A stretch of DNA of 64,000 nt, taken from positions 1,236-65,235 of the forward strand of contig JAQXKZ010000024.1 in the NCBI GenBank assembly GCA_029010715.1. Direction: 5' to 3'. Numbering within the stretch: the stretch's first letter is position 1; the number at the start of each line of letters is the position of its first letter. Below the pieces are notes generated by a model. That model was not told where the DNA came from and did no database searches. It saw only the letters and a program-made list of their open reading frames with translations. Made by a program: the position numbers and the translations under genes. This document shows, piece after piece, positions 27,677 to 36,902 of the stretch. The stretch is from Clostridiales bacterium. GTDB lineage: Bacteria > Bacillota > Clostridia > Oscillospirales > Oscillospiraceae.

Positions 27677-28810
27677 CTAAAGCAGCTTTACGACGCTGTA
27701 CATGCTCTGCAGGACATAAAGTCCCGGGCGGTAGAGCTGATCCGCCGTCCAGACGCCAATACCGGCAAGGCCGTATTCCTCCACCAGCTGCAGCCGTGCG
27801 CGGAAGCTGCGCGCATCCTCGAACCAGACGACATGACTCACGCCGGCAGCATCCGTGTAGTTGAACCACGGGGCCTGCGCGGTGTAATCGAATTTCACCT
27901 CCGCATTGCGCGAGACAGCAAGGTTCACCGCGGCAGCGTTCGAGAGTATGCGCGCCGGACGGCCCTGCTGCCACGGCAGGGTCCAGTCATAGGCGTAGTT
28001 CGAAACGCCCATGAGTATTTTGCCCGGCGGTATTGCCGTCACGGCATAGTCCAGCACGTCGCGGATCTTGTTCACGGGCGATATGGCCTGCGGCGAGCCG
28101 TAGGTATAGCCCCATTCATAGGTCATTATCAGCACCCGGTCGAGATACTTTCCGTGCGCGGCGTAGTCGTGCGCGGTATACAGCAGCCCGTACTGGCTGT
28201 CGGATTCCTTGGGCGCTATCGCGCTGGACACCATATAGCCCAGCGGATGCAGGCGTTCCGCCGCCTTCGCGACGAACTGACTGTAGCTGTCGCGGTCAAA
28301 GGGATAGATGTATTCAAAATTTATGTTCAGCCCGTAATAGCCCTTTTCGCGCAGCACGGTCAGGATATTTTCAAACAGCGTCTCCTGCGCGGTCCCGTCC
28401 GTAAGAAGAGAATGCGCGATGTCGCTGGAAAAGCCGCTGTCCTCGCTCAGATTTGTCACCACCATAAGCGGCGCGGTCTGTCCGGCGCGGGCAAGGGATA
28501 TAAGCCGCGCGTCGTCTATGCCCGAGAGGCTGCCGTCCGCCCTCGCGCTGTAGGAGAAGGGACAGAGATATGTGAGATACGGGTTCGTCTCCCCGACAGT
28601 CGCGGAGCTGACATTCGGATAGACATAGGCAAGGACCTCTGTTTCGCCGCGCACCCCCTCCCCGCCGCCGGGGATGACCAGACTCATTCCGGCCGTGAGC
28701 CTTGACGGGTCAGCGAGCTGGTTTATGTAGCTGAGCGTGTTCACATCCGTCCCGAAGCGTCCGGCTATGGAATAGAGGCTGTCGCCCGGGCGTACAATAT
28801 ATATCTGCAT
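27677..28810 (-). CDS. LysM domain + glycoside hydrolase family 18 protein (YaaH/SleL-like spore peptidoglycan hydrolase)
   Basis: 377 aa. LysM: YIVRPGDSLYSIAGRFGTDVNTLSYINQL. GH18 barrel with GLNINFEYI and MTYEWGY blocks. Confidence 0.75.
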   Translation of the reverse strand: MQIYIVRPGDSLYSIAGRFGTDVNTLSYINQLADPSRLTAGMSLVIPGGGEGVRGETEVLAYVYPNVSSATVGETNPYLTYLCPFSYSARADGSLSGIDDARLISLARAGQTAPLMVVTNLSEDSGFSSDIAHSLLTDGTAQETLFENILTVLREKGYYGLNINFEYIYPFDRDSYSQFVAKAAERLHPLGYMVSSAIAPKESDSQYGLLYTAHDYAAHGKYLDRVLIMTYEWGYTYGSPQAISPVNKIRDVLDYAVTAIPPGKILMGVSNYAYDWTLPWQQGRPARILSNAAAVNLAVSRNAEVKFDYTAQAPWFNYTDAAGVSHVVWFEDARSFRARLQLVEEYGLAGIGVWTADQLYRPGLYVLQSMYSVVKLL

Positions 28811-28978
28811 AGCTGCTCCTTTCCGTAAATCTTAATTCTTCTTATTATATTCGGCACATCTTACGGGTTTGCAGGGGCGGCGGGCCTGTGCTATAATATT
28901 TTCATATACCGCCTTACCCGGGCGGGCACATGACATCAGGCAGTACGGCACACAGTACGGTCCGAAACGGAGGTTCTT

Positions 28979-30778
28979 ATGGAAGCAAACAGGATACCGG
29001 AGAGAAACGAGATCCCGGCAGAGTATACCTGGGATCTGACAGATATATTTGAAAGCGATGAAGCATGGCTGAGCGAGTACGAGGCGCTGATGCACGTGCC
29101 GGAAAAGCTCGCGGAGTATGAGGGCAGGCTCGGCGGGAGCGCGGAGGCCCTGCTGGAGTTTCTGCAGCTTGAGGACGACATCTCCGTGCGTCTCGAAAAA
29201 CTCATGGGCTATGCCGGCTGCAAGGCCGATCAGGACACCACCGACAGCCGCTATCAGGATCTGCGCAGCAAGGGCGTGGGCTGCTGCGTCGCCATATCCG
29301 GAGCCGCCGCATTCTCCACCCCGGAGATAATCGCCATACCGGAGCAGACGCTGGACGGTTTCTTCCGCAGCCGTCCGGAGCTCGGGATCTACCGGCGCAG
29401 CCTGTACCGCCTGCGCCGCCGTGCGGAGCATATTCTCTCTCCCGCGGAAGAACGGCTGCTGGCCGCAGCCGGAGAGATGGCCGACGCTCCGGACTCGATC
29501 TGCGGCGCGCTCAGGAACGCCGACCTGCACTTTGACGACGCGGTCGACTCGGAGGGCCGGCGCCATCCGCTGTCCGCCGGCACGCTCGTGCCGCTGATGG
29601 AGAGCACGGACCGCGCCCTCAGAAAGAGCGCCTTCGACAACTGCTACCGCCGTTACGGCGAGTTCAGGAACACCGTCGCCGCGACTCTCGACTCCCAGTT
29701 CAAGCAGCTGCGCTTTTTTGCCGGAGCGAGGAAATACCCCTCCACCCTCTCCGCCGCACTCGATGCGACCGAGGTACCCGAGAGCGTATACCTCAACCTT
29801 ATAGATTCCGTGCACAGAAATATGGACAAGATGCACCGCTACGTCGCGCTTAGGAAAAAACTGCTCGGTGTGGATGAGCTGCACATGTACGACGTCTACA
29901 CGCCGGTCGTGCCGGACGCCGCCGTGACGATAAGCTACGACGAGGCTAAAAAGACCGTGCTCGAAGCGCTGAGCGTCCTGGGCGGGGACTACACGGAGCT
30001 GCTTGAGCTCGGCTTCAACAGCCGCTGGATAGACGTATACGAGAACCGCGGCAAGCGCAGCGGGGCATACTCCTCCGGCAGTTCCCGGCCGCATCCCTAC
30101 GTGCTGCTCAATCAGAAGGACAACCTCGAGTCGATGTTCACGATAGCGCACGAGATGGGCCACGCGCTGCACAGCTACTACAGCTGCCACAACCAGCCGG
30201 TCAACACCGGCGACTATGTCATCTTCGTCGCCGAGGTCGCCTCGACCTGCAACGAAGTGCTGCTCATGCGCCATCTGCTGGGCAAAACCCGGGACAAGAA
30301 GGAGCGCGCCTACCTTATAAACCACTTCCTAGACCAGTTCAAGGGCACGGTCTACCGCCAGACGATGTTCGCCGAGTTTGAGCTTGAGATGGGCAGACTG
30401 TCCGAGGCCGGTCAGGCGCTGACCGCCGACCTGCTCTGCGAAAGGTACAGGGCTCTCAACGAGCTCTACTACGGCCCGGACATGGTCTGCGACGAAGGAA
30501 TATCGCTGGAGTGGGCGAGGATACCGCACTTTTTCTACAATTACTACGTGTTCCAGTACGCGACCGGCTTCTCAGCCGCCGTAGCTATCGCCGAGCGCAT
30601 ACTCGCCGAGGGTGCCCCGGCAGTAGCGGACTACAAGCGCTTCCTATCCGGCGGCTCCAGCACGGACCCGATATCGCTGCTGAAGATCGCGGGAGTCGAC
30701 ATGAGCCGCCCGGAGAGCATAGACTCCGCGCTCGCCCTGTTCGGAGAGCTCATAACCGAGCTGGATAAGCTCAGCTGA
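28979..30778 (+). CDS. pepF: Oligoendopeptidase F (M3B)
   Basis: 599 aa. HEMGHALH zinc motif and a PepF-like N-terminus (IPAEYTWDLTDIFESDEAW). Confidence 0.9.
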   Translation: MEANRIPERNEIPAEYTWDLTDIFESDEAWLSEYEALMHVPEKLAEYEGRLGGSAEALLEFLQLEDDISVRLEKLMGYAGCKADQDTTDSRYQDLRSKGVGCCVAISGAAAFSTPEIIAIPEQTLDGFFRSRPELGIYRRSLYRLRRRAEHILSPAEERLLAAAGEMADAPDSICGALRNADLHFDDAVDSEGRRHPLSAGTLVPLMESTDRALRKSAFDNCYRRYGEFRNTVAATLDSQFKQLRFFAGARKYPSTLSAALDATEVPESVYLNLIDSVHRNMDKMHRYVALRKKLLGVDELHMYDVYTPVVPDAAVTISYDEAKKTVLEALSVLGGDYTELLELGFNSRWIDVYENRGKRSGAYSSGSSRPHPYVLLNQKDNLESMFTIAHEMGHALHSYYSCHNQPVNTGDYVIFVAEVASTCNEVLLMRHLLGKTRDKKERAYLINHFLDQFKGTVYRQTMFAEFELEMGRLSEAGQALTADLLCERYRALNELYYGPDMVCDEGISLEWARIPHFFYNYYVFQYATGFSAAVAIAERILAEGAPAVADYKRFLSGGSSTDPISLLKIAGVDMSRPESIDSALALFGELITELDKLS

Positions 30779-30825
30779 ACAAGGCAGATCCCTCAAGACA
30801 CAGAGACAAAGGAGGAATACTACAC

Positions 30826-31740
30826 ATGAACACCTTAAGCGCCATGCCCGTTTCGGGCCTGATCGTTATCGCCGCGATAGTGATACTTTTTATTCTCGCG
30901 GTGCTGCTGCTGTTTTACACCTGGGTACGCTACAAGGCGCTCGCAGGTATGGCCGGCGGAAATCTCGACCGCGACAACGCCTTTCTGCGCTTCACGGTCA
31001 ACGACTTTGCCGACGCCTATAAGAAACACGGACAGGACGTCAACACCCCGGCGATCATCGCCAACGCCGTCAGCACCAAGCTCCCCGGCCTGCTGCTGTG
31101 TGAGCGCTTTCTCGCCAACGCAGTGTCGCTGTTTGTTACGCTCGGCCTCTTCGGCACCTTCCTGGGGCTGAGCCACTCCGTCTCCTCGCTGACCGAGCTC
31201 ATTAGCTACTCGAACACCTCCGAGTGGCTGAGCGTCCTTGACAGCGTCGGCGGCGGGCTTATGTCGGCCCTCTCCGGCATGGGCGTAGCGTTCTATACCT
31301 CGCTCGTCGGCGTCGCATGCTCCATATTGCTCGCGCTGCTGCGCTCCGTATTCAGCCCTCAGGCCGAGCGTGAAAAGCTCGAGGCCCGGCTGGAGCTCTG
31401 GCTCGACCACAGCGTCGCCCCGACGCTCCCGACGGAACGCGCCAAGGACGAGTCCGAGATGGTACAGCAGATGATCCGCGCAATGGATAACGCGGCCGAG
31501 TCCATGCAGAGCACGCTCAAAAACGCGACCGGCGAATTGAAGCTCGCCATAGACTCTAGCCGGGCGCCGATCGCCGCGTTCAACAAGACCGTCGACAGCT
31601 TCAACGGCGGCGTGCGCGACTTCTCCGAGTTCAACTACAACCTCCGCGGCACGGTCGAGCGCCTCGACGTCGCGGTGCGCGATCTCGTGTCGGGCCTGCG
31701 CGAAGCCTCCCGCAGCATTGAGAAGGGCGGCCGTCAATGA
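30826..31740 (+). CDS. MotA/TolQ/ExbB-family proton-channel protein with ~125-aa helical C-terminal tail
   Basis: 304 aa, 3 TM. TM2 TLGLFGTFLGL and TM3 GMGVAFYTSLVGVACSILLALL match the family's conserved G-rich and T/S-rich helices. AAGGAGG RBS upstream. Confidence 0.6.
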   Translation: MNTLSAMPVSGLIVIAAIVILFILAVLLLFYTWVRYKALAGMAGGNLDRDNAFLRFTVNDFADAYKKHGQDVNTPAIIANAVSTKLPGLLLCERFLANAVSLFVTLGLFGTFLGLSHSVSSLTELISYSNTSEWLSVLDSVGGGLMSALSGMGVAFYTSLVGVACSILLALLRSVFSPQAEREKLEARLELWLDHSVAPTLPTERAKDESEMVQQMIRAMDNAAESMQSTLKNATGELKLAIDSSRAPIAAFNKTVDSFNGGVRDFSEFNYNLRGTVERLDVAVRDLVSGLREASRSIEKGGRQ

Positions 31741-32756
31741 GACGCGGCGGCTTCCGCTCCGGCATCCGGTCGGCGGACTCCGGGGGCGAGCAGGGCTTCT
31801 GGCCCTCCTATGCCGACATGATGAGCACCGTCGCACTCATTCTCTTTTTCCTGATGCTCATTTCATACATACAGAACCTCATAACCGGCAACGACCTGCA
31901 GAACACGCAGGAGGTGCTGTCCGACACCCGAAGGCAGGTCGCCGCCGCGCAGACCCGGCTCGGCGAGCTCAGCGACGAGCTCAAGCTGAAGCAGGACGAG
32001 ATAAACTCCTACACCATACAGATAAACCAGCAGACAGAGACGATAAACGCGCAGAAGGCGCTTATCAGCGACCAGCAGAGCTACGTTGCGGCAGCCGACA
32101 GGGAGCTGCGTTCCATGAGAGCGCAGATGCAGAGCATAGCGGTGCTGCGCATGTCCATACTCGAACAGATACGCGCGAGTATCGTTGACGTCATGGGCGA
32201 CGAGAGCAAGGTCAGCGTCGGCGACAACGGCAATATCATTCTCAACGAGGGCGTGTTCTTCGACCTCGGCTCCTCGTCGATAAAGCCTGAGAGCGAGACC
32301 GTACTCAACGAGCTTATCGACGTATTCACAAAATTCCTGAGCGACGCGGAGAACGCCCGCTATGTCGACAGCATCGTCATTTCCGGCCACACCGACATCA
32401 CCGGCACCGCCGAGACAAACCGCAAGCTCTCCACCGACAGGGCCAACTCCGTTCTGCAGTATCTGCTGACGGGGAAAGGCGGTAAGCTCGACGCCTATTC
32501 GGAGTACTTCTGCGCCGCAGGCTACGGTGCAACGCGCCCGGTCGCGAGCAACGATACCGCCGAGGGTCAGGCAGCCAACCGCCGCATCGAAATATCCATG
32601 ATACTGAAGGACGAATCGGTGCTGGAAATCGTAGAGCAATACCTCGCGATGGAGATACCGGAAGCGGGCGGCAGTACGGCTGCCGCACCGGCATCTCCCG
32701 CGCCTTCGGCCCTGCCGTCTCCGAGCCCCACACCTAGACGGGGCATATCCGGCTGA
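31737..32756 (+). CDS. MotB/OmpA-family protein: plug/TM with conserved Asp, long coiled coil, OmpA-like peptidoglycan-binding domain
   Basis: 339 aa. FWPSYADMMSTVALILFFLMLISY; ~110-aa heptad-rich linker; ISGHTDITGTAETNRKLSTDRANSVLQYL...GYGATRPVASNDTAEGQAANRRIEI. ATGA overlap with the MotA-like gene. Confidence 0.75.
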   Translation: MRRGGFRSGIRSADSGGEQGFWPSYADMMSTVALILFFLMLISYIQNLITGNDLQNTQEVLSDTRRQVAAAQTRLGELSDELKLKQDEINSYTIQINQQTETINAQKALISDQQSYVAAADRELRSMRAQMQSIAVLRMSILEQIRASIVDVMGDESKVSVGDNGNIILNEGVFFDLGSSSIKPESETVLNELIDVFTKFLSDAENARYVDSIVISGHTDITGTAETNRKLSTDRANSVLQYLLTGKGGKLDAYSEYFCAAGYGATRPVASNDTAEGQAANRRIEISMILKDESVLEIVEQYLAMEIPEAGGSTAAAPASPAPSALPSPSPTPRRGISG

Positions 32757-32974
32757 GCCGCCATTGGCGGAGACTGAGATAACCATGCCTTACGCGCCTT
32801 CAACGGAGCGGCGCAGGCGCACATGCGGGATACCCGCTTGGCACATTCAATACCCCGCCGCAGAAAAGCCCTGAAAACCGGGTTTTTTCCGGCAAAGCGG
32901 CATTTTGACAAGAGCAAAACGCCCGGCAGCCGAAGCGGCCGAAGAAGTCCCGGTTGGATTTTTCTTACAGACTG

Positions 32975-33013
32975 AAAATCCCGTATGCACAAGCTTATGC
33001 ATACGGGATTTTT
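32975..33013. terminator. Bidirectional terminator between the MotB-like gene and the convergent parB-like gene
   Basis: AAAATCCCGTATGCA...TGCATACGGGATTTTT, a 15-bp stem with flanking A and T runs. Confidence 0.7.
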
Positions 33014-33064
33014 ACGCGCCGCGGCTCATACCGCAGTTTAAGGGCTTATTATAAGGTTTCAATA

Positions 33065-33895
33065 TCAGACCGGTGTTTTTGCCTTCGGGATGGAAATCGT
33101 CAGGATCAGAGAGTCCTCGGTCTCCTCGCGCCGCATACCCGCGGCTATGCCTCCCTGCTTCATGACCTCAAGGCTGCGCGAGAGGCTGTTGAGGAAGATG
33201 CGCACATCCTTGAGGACCAGAGTGCGCCGCGGCTCGGGTCTGTCCGGGGACGCTTCCTCCTCCGGCTGTGTGAGCAGCGCTTCTATGTACTCGTCTGTCG
33301 CGGCGACGGTCAGGCCGTTTTCGACGATATATATCAGCGCCTCGCGCTGGGCATTCGCGTCCGGCAGGCGGAGCAGCGCCCGCCCGTGGCGTTCGGTAAG
33401 ACCGTTGGCCCTAAGAGCCTCCAGCACGTCCCGGGGCAGCTTCAGCAGGCGCAGCTTGTTCGCCACGGCCGACTGGGATTTTCCGAGCCGCCGCGCCGCT
33501 TCCTCCTGGCTCAGGCCGAACATGCGTATCAGCTGGCTTATGCCGGCGGCTTCCTCGATGAAGTCCAGGTCGCGTCGCTGCAGGTTCTCGACGAGCGCGA
33601 TAAGGCTCGCATCCTCCAGATTGACGTCAAGCAGGATACACGGGACCTCCTGCAGTCCCGCGAGTTTCGCGGCTCTGAGCCGCCGCTCGCCGGCGACGAG
33701 CTCATATCTCCCTCCTCGGCAGCGCACCGTCAGCGGGTTGAGTATGCCATAGCTTTTTATGCTCAGACTCAGCTCCTCCAGCGCGCTTTCATCAAACTGC
33801 TTTCGGGGCTGAACCGGGTTCGGGTAGAGATCATCGGTACGCAGATATACTATGCCGCCCCGCCGGACATTCTGGCGGGTTCGAAGTGCTTGCAT
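33065..33895 (-). CDS. ParB/Spo0J/Noc-family DNA-binding protein
   Basis: ORF 33065..34315, trimmed to ATG 33895 (MQALRTRQNV; AAGGAGGC RBS), because the longer form overlaps the EamA gene. Signatures: LNPLTVR, ELVAGERRLRAAKLAG, and HTH GKSQSAVANKLRLLKLP. Confidence 0.8.
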   Translation of the reverse strand: MQALRTRQNVRRGGIVYLRTDDLYPNPVQPRKQFDESALEELSLSIKSYGILNPLTVRCRGGRYELVAGERRLRAAKLAGLQEVPCILLDVNLEDASLIALVENLQRRDLDFIEEAAGISQLIRMFGLSQEEAARRLGKSQSAVANKLRLLKLPRDVLEALRANGLTERHGRALLRLPDANAQREALIYIVENGLTVAATDEYIEALLTQPEEEASPDRPEPRRTLVLKDVRIFLNSLSRSLEVMKQGGIAAGMRREETEDSLILTISIPKAKTPV

Positions 33896-34017
33896 TGCAA
33901 AGCCTCCTTTATCTTGTGGTTTGATGCTTTGAGCATACACTATATATGGCAAAAAACTGCGCGAAAAAGGCGCCCCGCCGGGAAGAAATGAATCTTTCCG
34001 CGTGTGCGCCCGCAGGA

Positions 34018-34908
34018 TTATTTTGACCTCATATTGAGCAGGACTATAGCCGAGAGTATCAGCACGATGCCGAGCGCCGAGCTCAGACTGAGCTGCTCGC
34101 GGAACACAACGACGCCGAGAAGCGTAGCCACCATGGGCTCGACCGTTGCAAGGATGGCGGCTTTGCTTGCGGACGTATGCTTCAGACCCAGCGTGTAGCA
34201 GAGATACGGCGCCGCGGCGGTCACGACCGAAAGAGTCAGCACCAGCAGTATAAACGGCAGCGGAGAGCGCGCGGACGCGAGAGACAGTATCTCCGCCGGC
34301 CGGCAGAAGAACCACGAGCCGACGGAAGAGATGATAAACGAATACGCCGTCACGGTCAGCGGCTCATAGCGGCGCAGGGCGACGGTGCCGAGTATGCTGT
34401 AAAGCGCATAGCCTATGCCGGCACAGAGACCGACGAGCAGGCCGGTCGGGGTCAGGCCCCCGCGGCTCAGTCCGGAAACCAGAACACAGCCTCCGAAGGC
34501 AAGCAGCAGCGCCAGCACGCGCCTGAGCGTGAGCTTCTCCCTGAAAAAGACGACCGACATGAGCGTGACCCATATGGGCGAGGTGTAGAGCAGTATCGCC
34601 GCGATGGAAAGCGGCATCATGCCGATGGCCTTGAAATAGCAGACCGTGAAAAACAGCACGCTGCCCAGCCCTATCCCGAGAAAGAGCGGGATATCGCGCG
34701 CGGCTATCCTGAAGCCGCGGCGGTCGCGGCAGAGCATCAGCACGGTGAACAGCAGAGCGCTGACCGTCAGGCGCATGGAGGCTATCTGCATGGCGCTGAA
34801 GCCGTAGCTGCTGAAGGTACGCACAAAAACGCCCATACTGCCCCAGAGCGTACCGGCAAGGACTATGAGCAGCGCCGCACGCAGCGAAGTACCGTTTTTC
34901 TTTTTCAT
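34018..34908 (-). CDS. EamA/DMT-family transporter
   Basis: ORF 34018..34935. ATG 34908 is preferred because ATG 34935 lies upstream of the predicted transcription start of the consensus promoter at 34939..34967. 10-TM duplicated EamA pattern. Confidence 0.8.
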   Translation of the reverse strand: MKKKNGTSLRAALLIVLAGTLWGSMGVFVRTFSSYGFSAMQIASMRLTVSALLFTVLMLCRDRRGFRIAARDIPLFLGIGLGSVLFFTVCYFKAIGMMPLSIAAILLYTSPIWVTLMSVVFFREKLTLRRVLALLLAFGGCVLVSGLSRGGLTPTGLLVGLCAGIGYALYSILGTVALRRYEPLTVTAYSFIISSVGSWFFCRPAEILSLASARSPLPFILLVLTLSVVTAAAPYLCYTLGLKHTSASKAAILATVEPMVATLLGVVVFREQLSLSSALGIVLILSAIVLLNMRSK

Positions 34909-34938
34909 GATGTACCACCGCCTTTCAATTTTCAAGGC

Positions 34939-34967
34939 ATTATAGTGTACGGCCCGCCAAATGTCAA
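34939..34967 (-). promoter_or_regulatory. Consensus sigma-A promoter of the EamA transporter gene
   Basis: Minus strand: TTGACA, 17-nt spacer, TATAAT (perfect hexamers). Confidence 0.7.
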
Positions 34968-35191
34968 CAGCGTTTCTTCAAAAGCGGACGATACCCGAAA
35001 CGAAGCCGGAGGACATGCTAAGTCTGTCAAAAGCCTCCACGGGACGGAGGTTTCGGCATAAGGCGCCGGATGATACAGCAGGGCGCGCCGCCGTGAATAA
35101 GCGGCGGGACAGCGACGGAAGAATACGCGGGGCAACAGCTGCATGGCGCGTATCCCGCTCCTCTGCGGCAAAGCCGGCGAAGCGGGTCCGG

Positions 35192-36436
35192 TCACGCCGC
35201 ACGGCTGCCGCGCAGACGCGCGGAGCAGATATACAGCGGTATCGCCGCAAGCTGAGCCGCGACCGACACGGCGATCATCGCCGGGATGCTCACATCGTAC
35301 AGCACGCCCAGCAGCCAGCTGCCGAGAAACCAGAATGCGCCGAAGGAGCACTCAAATATGCCGTAACCCGTGGCGCGGCTTGACTTGGGCACCATGCCGG
35401 TGACGGCGGCCTTCAGTATCGACTCCTGCGCGCCCATGCCCACGCCCCAGAGCGCAATGCCGACAAGCAGCATCGGGACGGAATCGGACGCAAACACGAA
35501 CACCGAAAAGGGCGCGGAGATAAGCGTCGACCAGACCAGAGCTTTCACGCCCTGCCTGTCGTACATCAGGCCGAACGCGAGCGCCGACACCGCGTCGACG
35601 AGCATTGCGCCCGCGTATAAAAGCGGCAGCGTCCCGGTCGACACCAGGGCTCCGGTTTCCGAAAGCCCGGAGGCGAGATCCGAGTAAACGCGGGAGACAT
35701 GCATGATTATAATGGAGTAGTCAATGAAGCCGAAGGCGAAGAGGCTTATGCCCGCGATATAGAGGATAAATTCCTTCTTCATCCTGAACGGGATGAACTC
35801 CTTCGGCTCCGGCTCGAAGCTCTCCGGATTCGGGAATCTGCGCCGGGTGACGATGAGGAGGATGAGCGTGATCGCGCCGGGTACCGCAAGCACCGCAAAG
35901 CATGCAGAATAGACCTCAAAGGTCGTGCCGTCAGTTTTGAAGAGCATCACAAGATACAGCAGCACCGGGCCCAGGAACGCTCCAATCTGATCAAGCACCT
36001 CCTGTATGCCGAAGCTCTTGCCCACACCCTCCTGCGAGGCCGCAAAGGACATGATGGTGTCCTTCGCCGGCTTTTTGACGGCCTTGCCCATGCGCTGAAT
36101 TACGAGCAGCGCGCAGGCCGCAACCCAGCCGTGCTCGCCCACTAGGGCAAGGGCAGGTACAGCCAGCACGTCGAGCACATAGCCCACGATCGTCATCGGC
36201 CAGTACTGCTTCGTTTTATCCGTGAGCTTACCGAACACGTAACGCATGGAGTAGCCGATGAGCTCGCCGAGACCGGAGATAAAGCCTATCGCCGCCGCCG
36301 ACGCGCCCAGCAGCGAGAGATATGCGCCCCTTATGCTCGACGCACCCTCGTGCGTCATGTCGGAAAACAGGCTCACTATGCCGAAAAGGATTATAAACAG
36401 CATTGCCTGCGAAAGCTTTTTCTTACTCTTTTCCAC
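35192..36436 (-). CDS. MFS transporter
   Basis: 414 aa, 12 predicted TM. GTG start as listed in the ORF track, with GAGAGG upstream. Confidence 0.75.
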   Translation of the reverse strand: MEKSKKKLSQAMLFIILFGIVSLFSDMTHEGASSIRGAYLSLLGASAAAIGFISGLGELIGYSMRYVFGKLTDKTKQYWPMTIVGYVLDVLAVPALALVGEHGWVAACALLVIQRMGKAVKKPAKDTIMSFAASQEGVGKSFGIQEVLDQIGAFLGPVLLYLVMLFKTDGTTFEVYSACFAVLAVPGAITLILLIVTRRRFPNPESFEPEPKEFIPFRMKKEFILYIAGISLFAFGFIDYSIIIMHVSRVYSDLASGLSETGALVSTGTLPLLYAGAMLVDAVSALAFGLMYDRQGVKALVWSTLISAPFSVFVFASDSVPMLLVGIALWGVGMGAQESILKAAVTGMVPKSSRATGYGIFECSFGAFWFLGSWLLGVLYDVSIPAMIAVSVAAQLAAIPLYICSARLRGSRAA

Positions 36437-36470
36437 GCTTTTCGCCGCCTCTCATAATTCATATAATATT

Positions 36471-36500
36471 GTAAAGAAACAGCCCACCTCGGTGGACTGT
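36471..36500 (-). terminator. Intrinsic-terminator-like hairpin 35 nt upstream of the MFS start codon (leader attenuator or sRNA terminator)
   Basis: Minus-strand RNA: ACAGUCCAC-CGAG-GUGGGCUGU followed by UUCUUUAC. The single non-Watson-Crick position is a G.U wobble on the minus strand only (it would be C.A on the plus strand), which supports minus orientation. Confidence 0.5.
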
Positions 36501-36788
36501 TTTTCATAACCGGTAAACGGTTCAAACCGCATTATTTTGCACCGGAGCAAAGCTCGCCATGCAAAGCCGCGCTTCAGTAGCGCGCGGGGCTGGTCTGTAC
36601 AGCGGAACAACTCTGCCGGCCAGACTGACGCCGTTCGCCGCGGCAGGCGTTATTACAGAGCTGTTCCGGCATGGAACGCACGGCAATTTTGCGAACACCC
36701 GAAACCCGGCTTGAATCCCGGCGAAGGCGGGGATGGGCCGGAAGTGAGCTGCGGCGGAAAAAACGAGCAACGGCTTTTGTCCTGATAG

Positions 36789-36826
36789 AAAAAAGCCGCT
36801 GCGAACAATATGAAGTCCGCAGCGGC
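36789..36826 (-). terminator. Intrinsic terminator of the tRNA-Met/tRNA-Glu unit
   Basis: Minus strand: GCCGCUGCG...CGCAGCGGC followed by UUUUUUC, directly after tRNA-Glu. Confidence 0.7.
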
Positions 36827-36827
36827 G

Positions 36828-36902
36828 TGGTGACCCGTACGGGACTCGAACCCATGTTACCGCCGTGAAAGGGCGGTGTCTTAACCACTTGACCAACGGG
36901 CC
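36828..36902 (-). tRNA. tRNA-Glu (anticodon UUC), CCA encoded
   Basis: Reverse complement: GGCCCGTTGGTCAAGTGGTTAAGACACCGCCCTTTCACGGCGGTAACATGGGTTCGAGTCCCGTACGGGTCACCA. It folds as a cloverleaf with anticodon loop CTTTCAC. Confidence 0.9.

Noticed and set aside
33065-33895. The parB-like gene as a third component of the MotAB-like system.
   Set aside because: It is convergent and separated by a strong bidirectional terminator (32975..33013). It looks like a canonical Spo0J/Noc-type ParB (GERRLRAA box, HTH), so I treat it as independent.
33896-34315. The N-terminal 140-aa extension of the parB-like ORF (ORF track 33065..34315).
   Set aside because: The extension overlaps the 3' end of the EamA gene and has Arg/Ala-rich random composition. 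An internal ATG (33895) with a strong AAGGAGG RBS gives a normal-length ParB.
36437-36788. Identity of the structured region as SRP RNA, 6S RNA, tmRNA, RNase P RNA or a known riboswitch (TPP, FMN, SAM, cobalamin, glycine, lysine, purine, ZTP, fluoride, guanidine-I).
   Set aside because: None of the remembered invariant blocks is present, for example GGAAGCAGC for SRP, GAGGAAAGUCC for RNase P, CUGAGA for TPP, or GCCACUG for cobalamin. A partial resemblance of CUGGCCGGCAGAG to the ykkC CUGGUCCGAGAG block is too weak. The region is kept only as an unclassified candidate.
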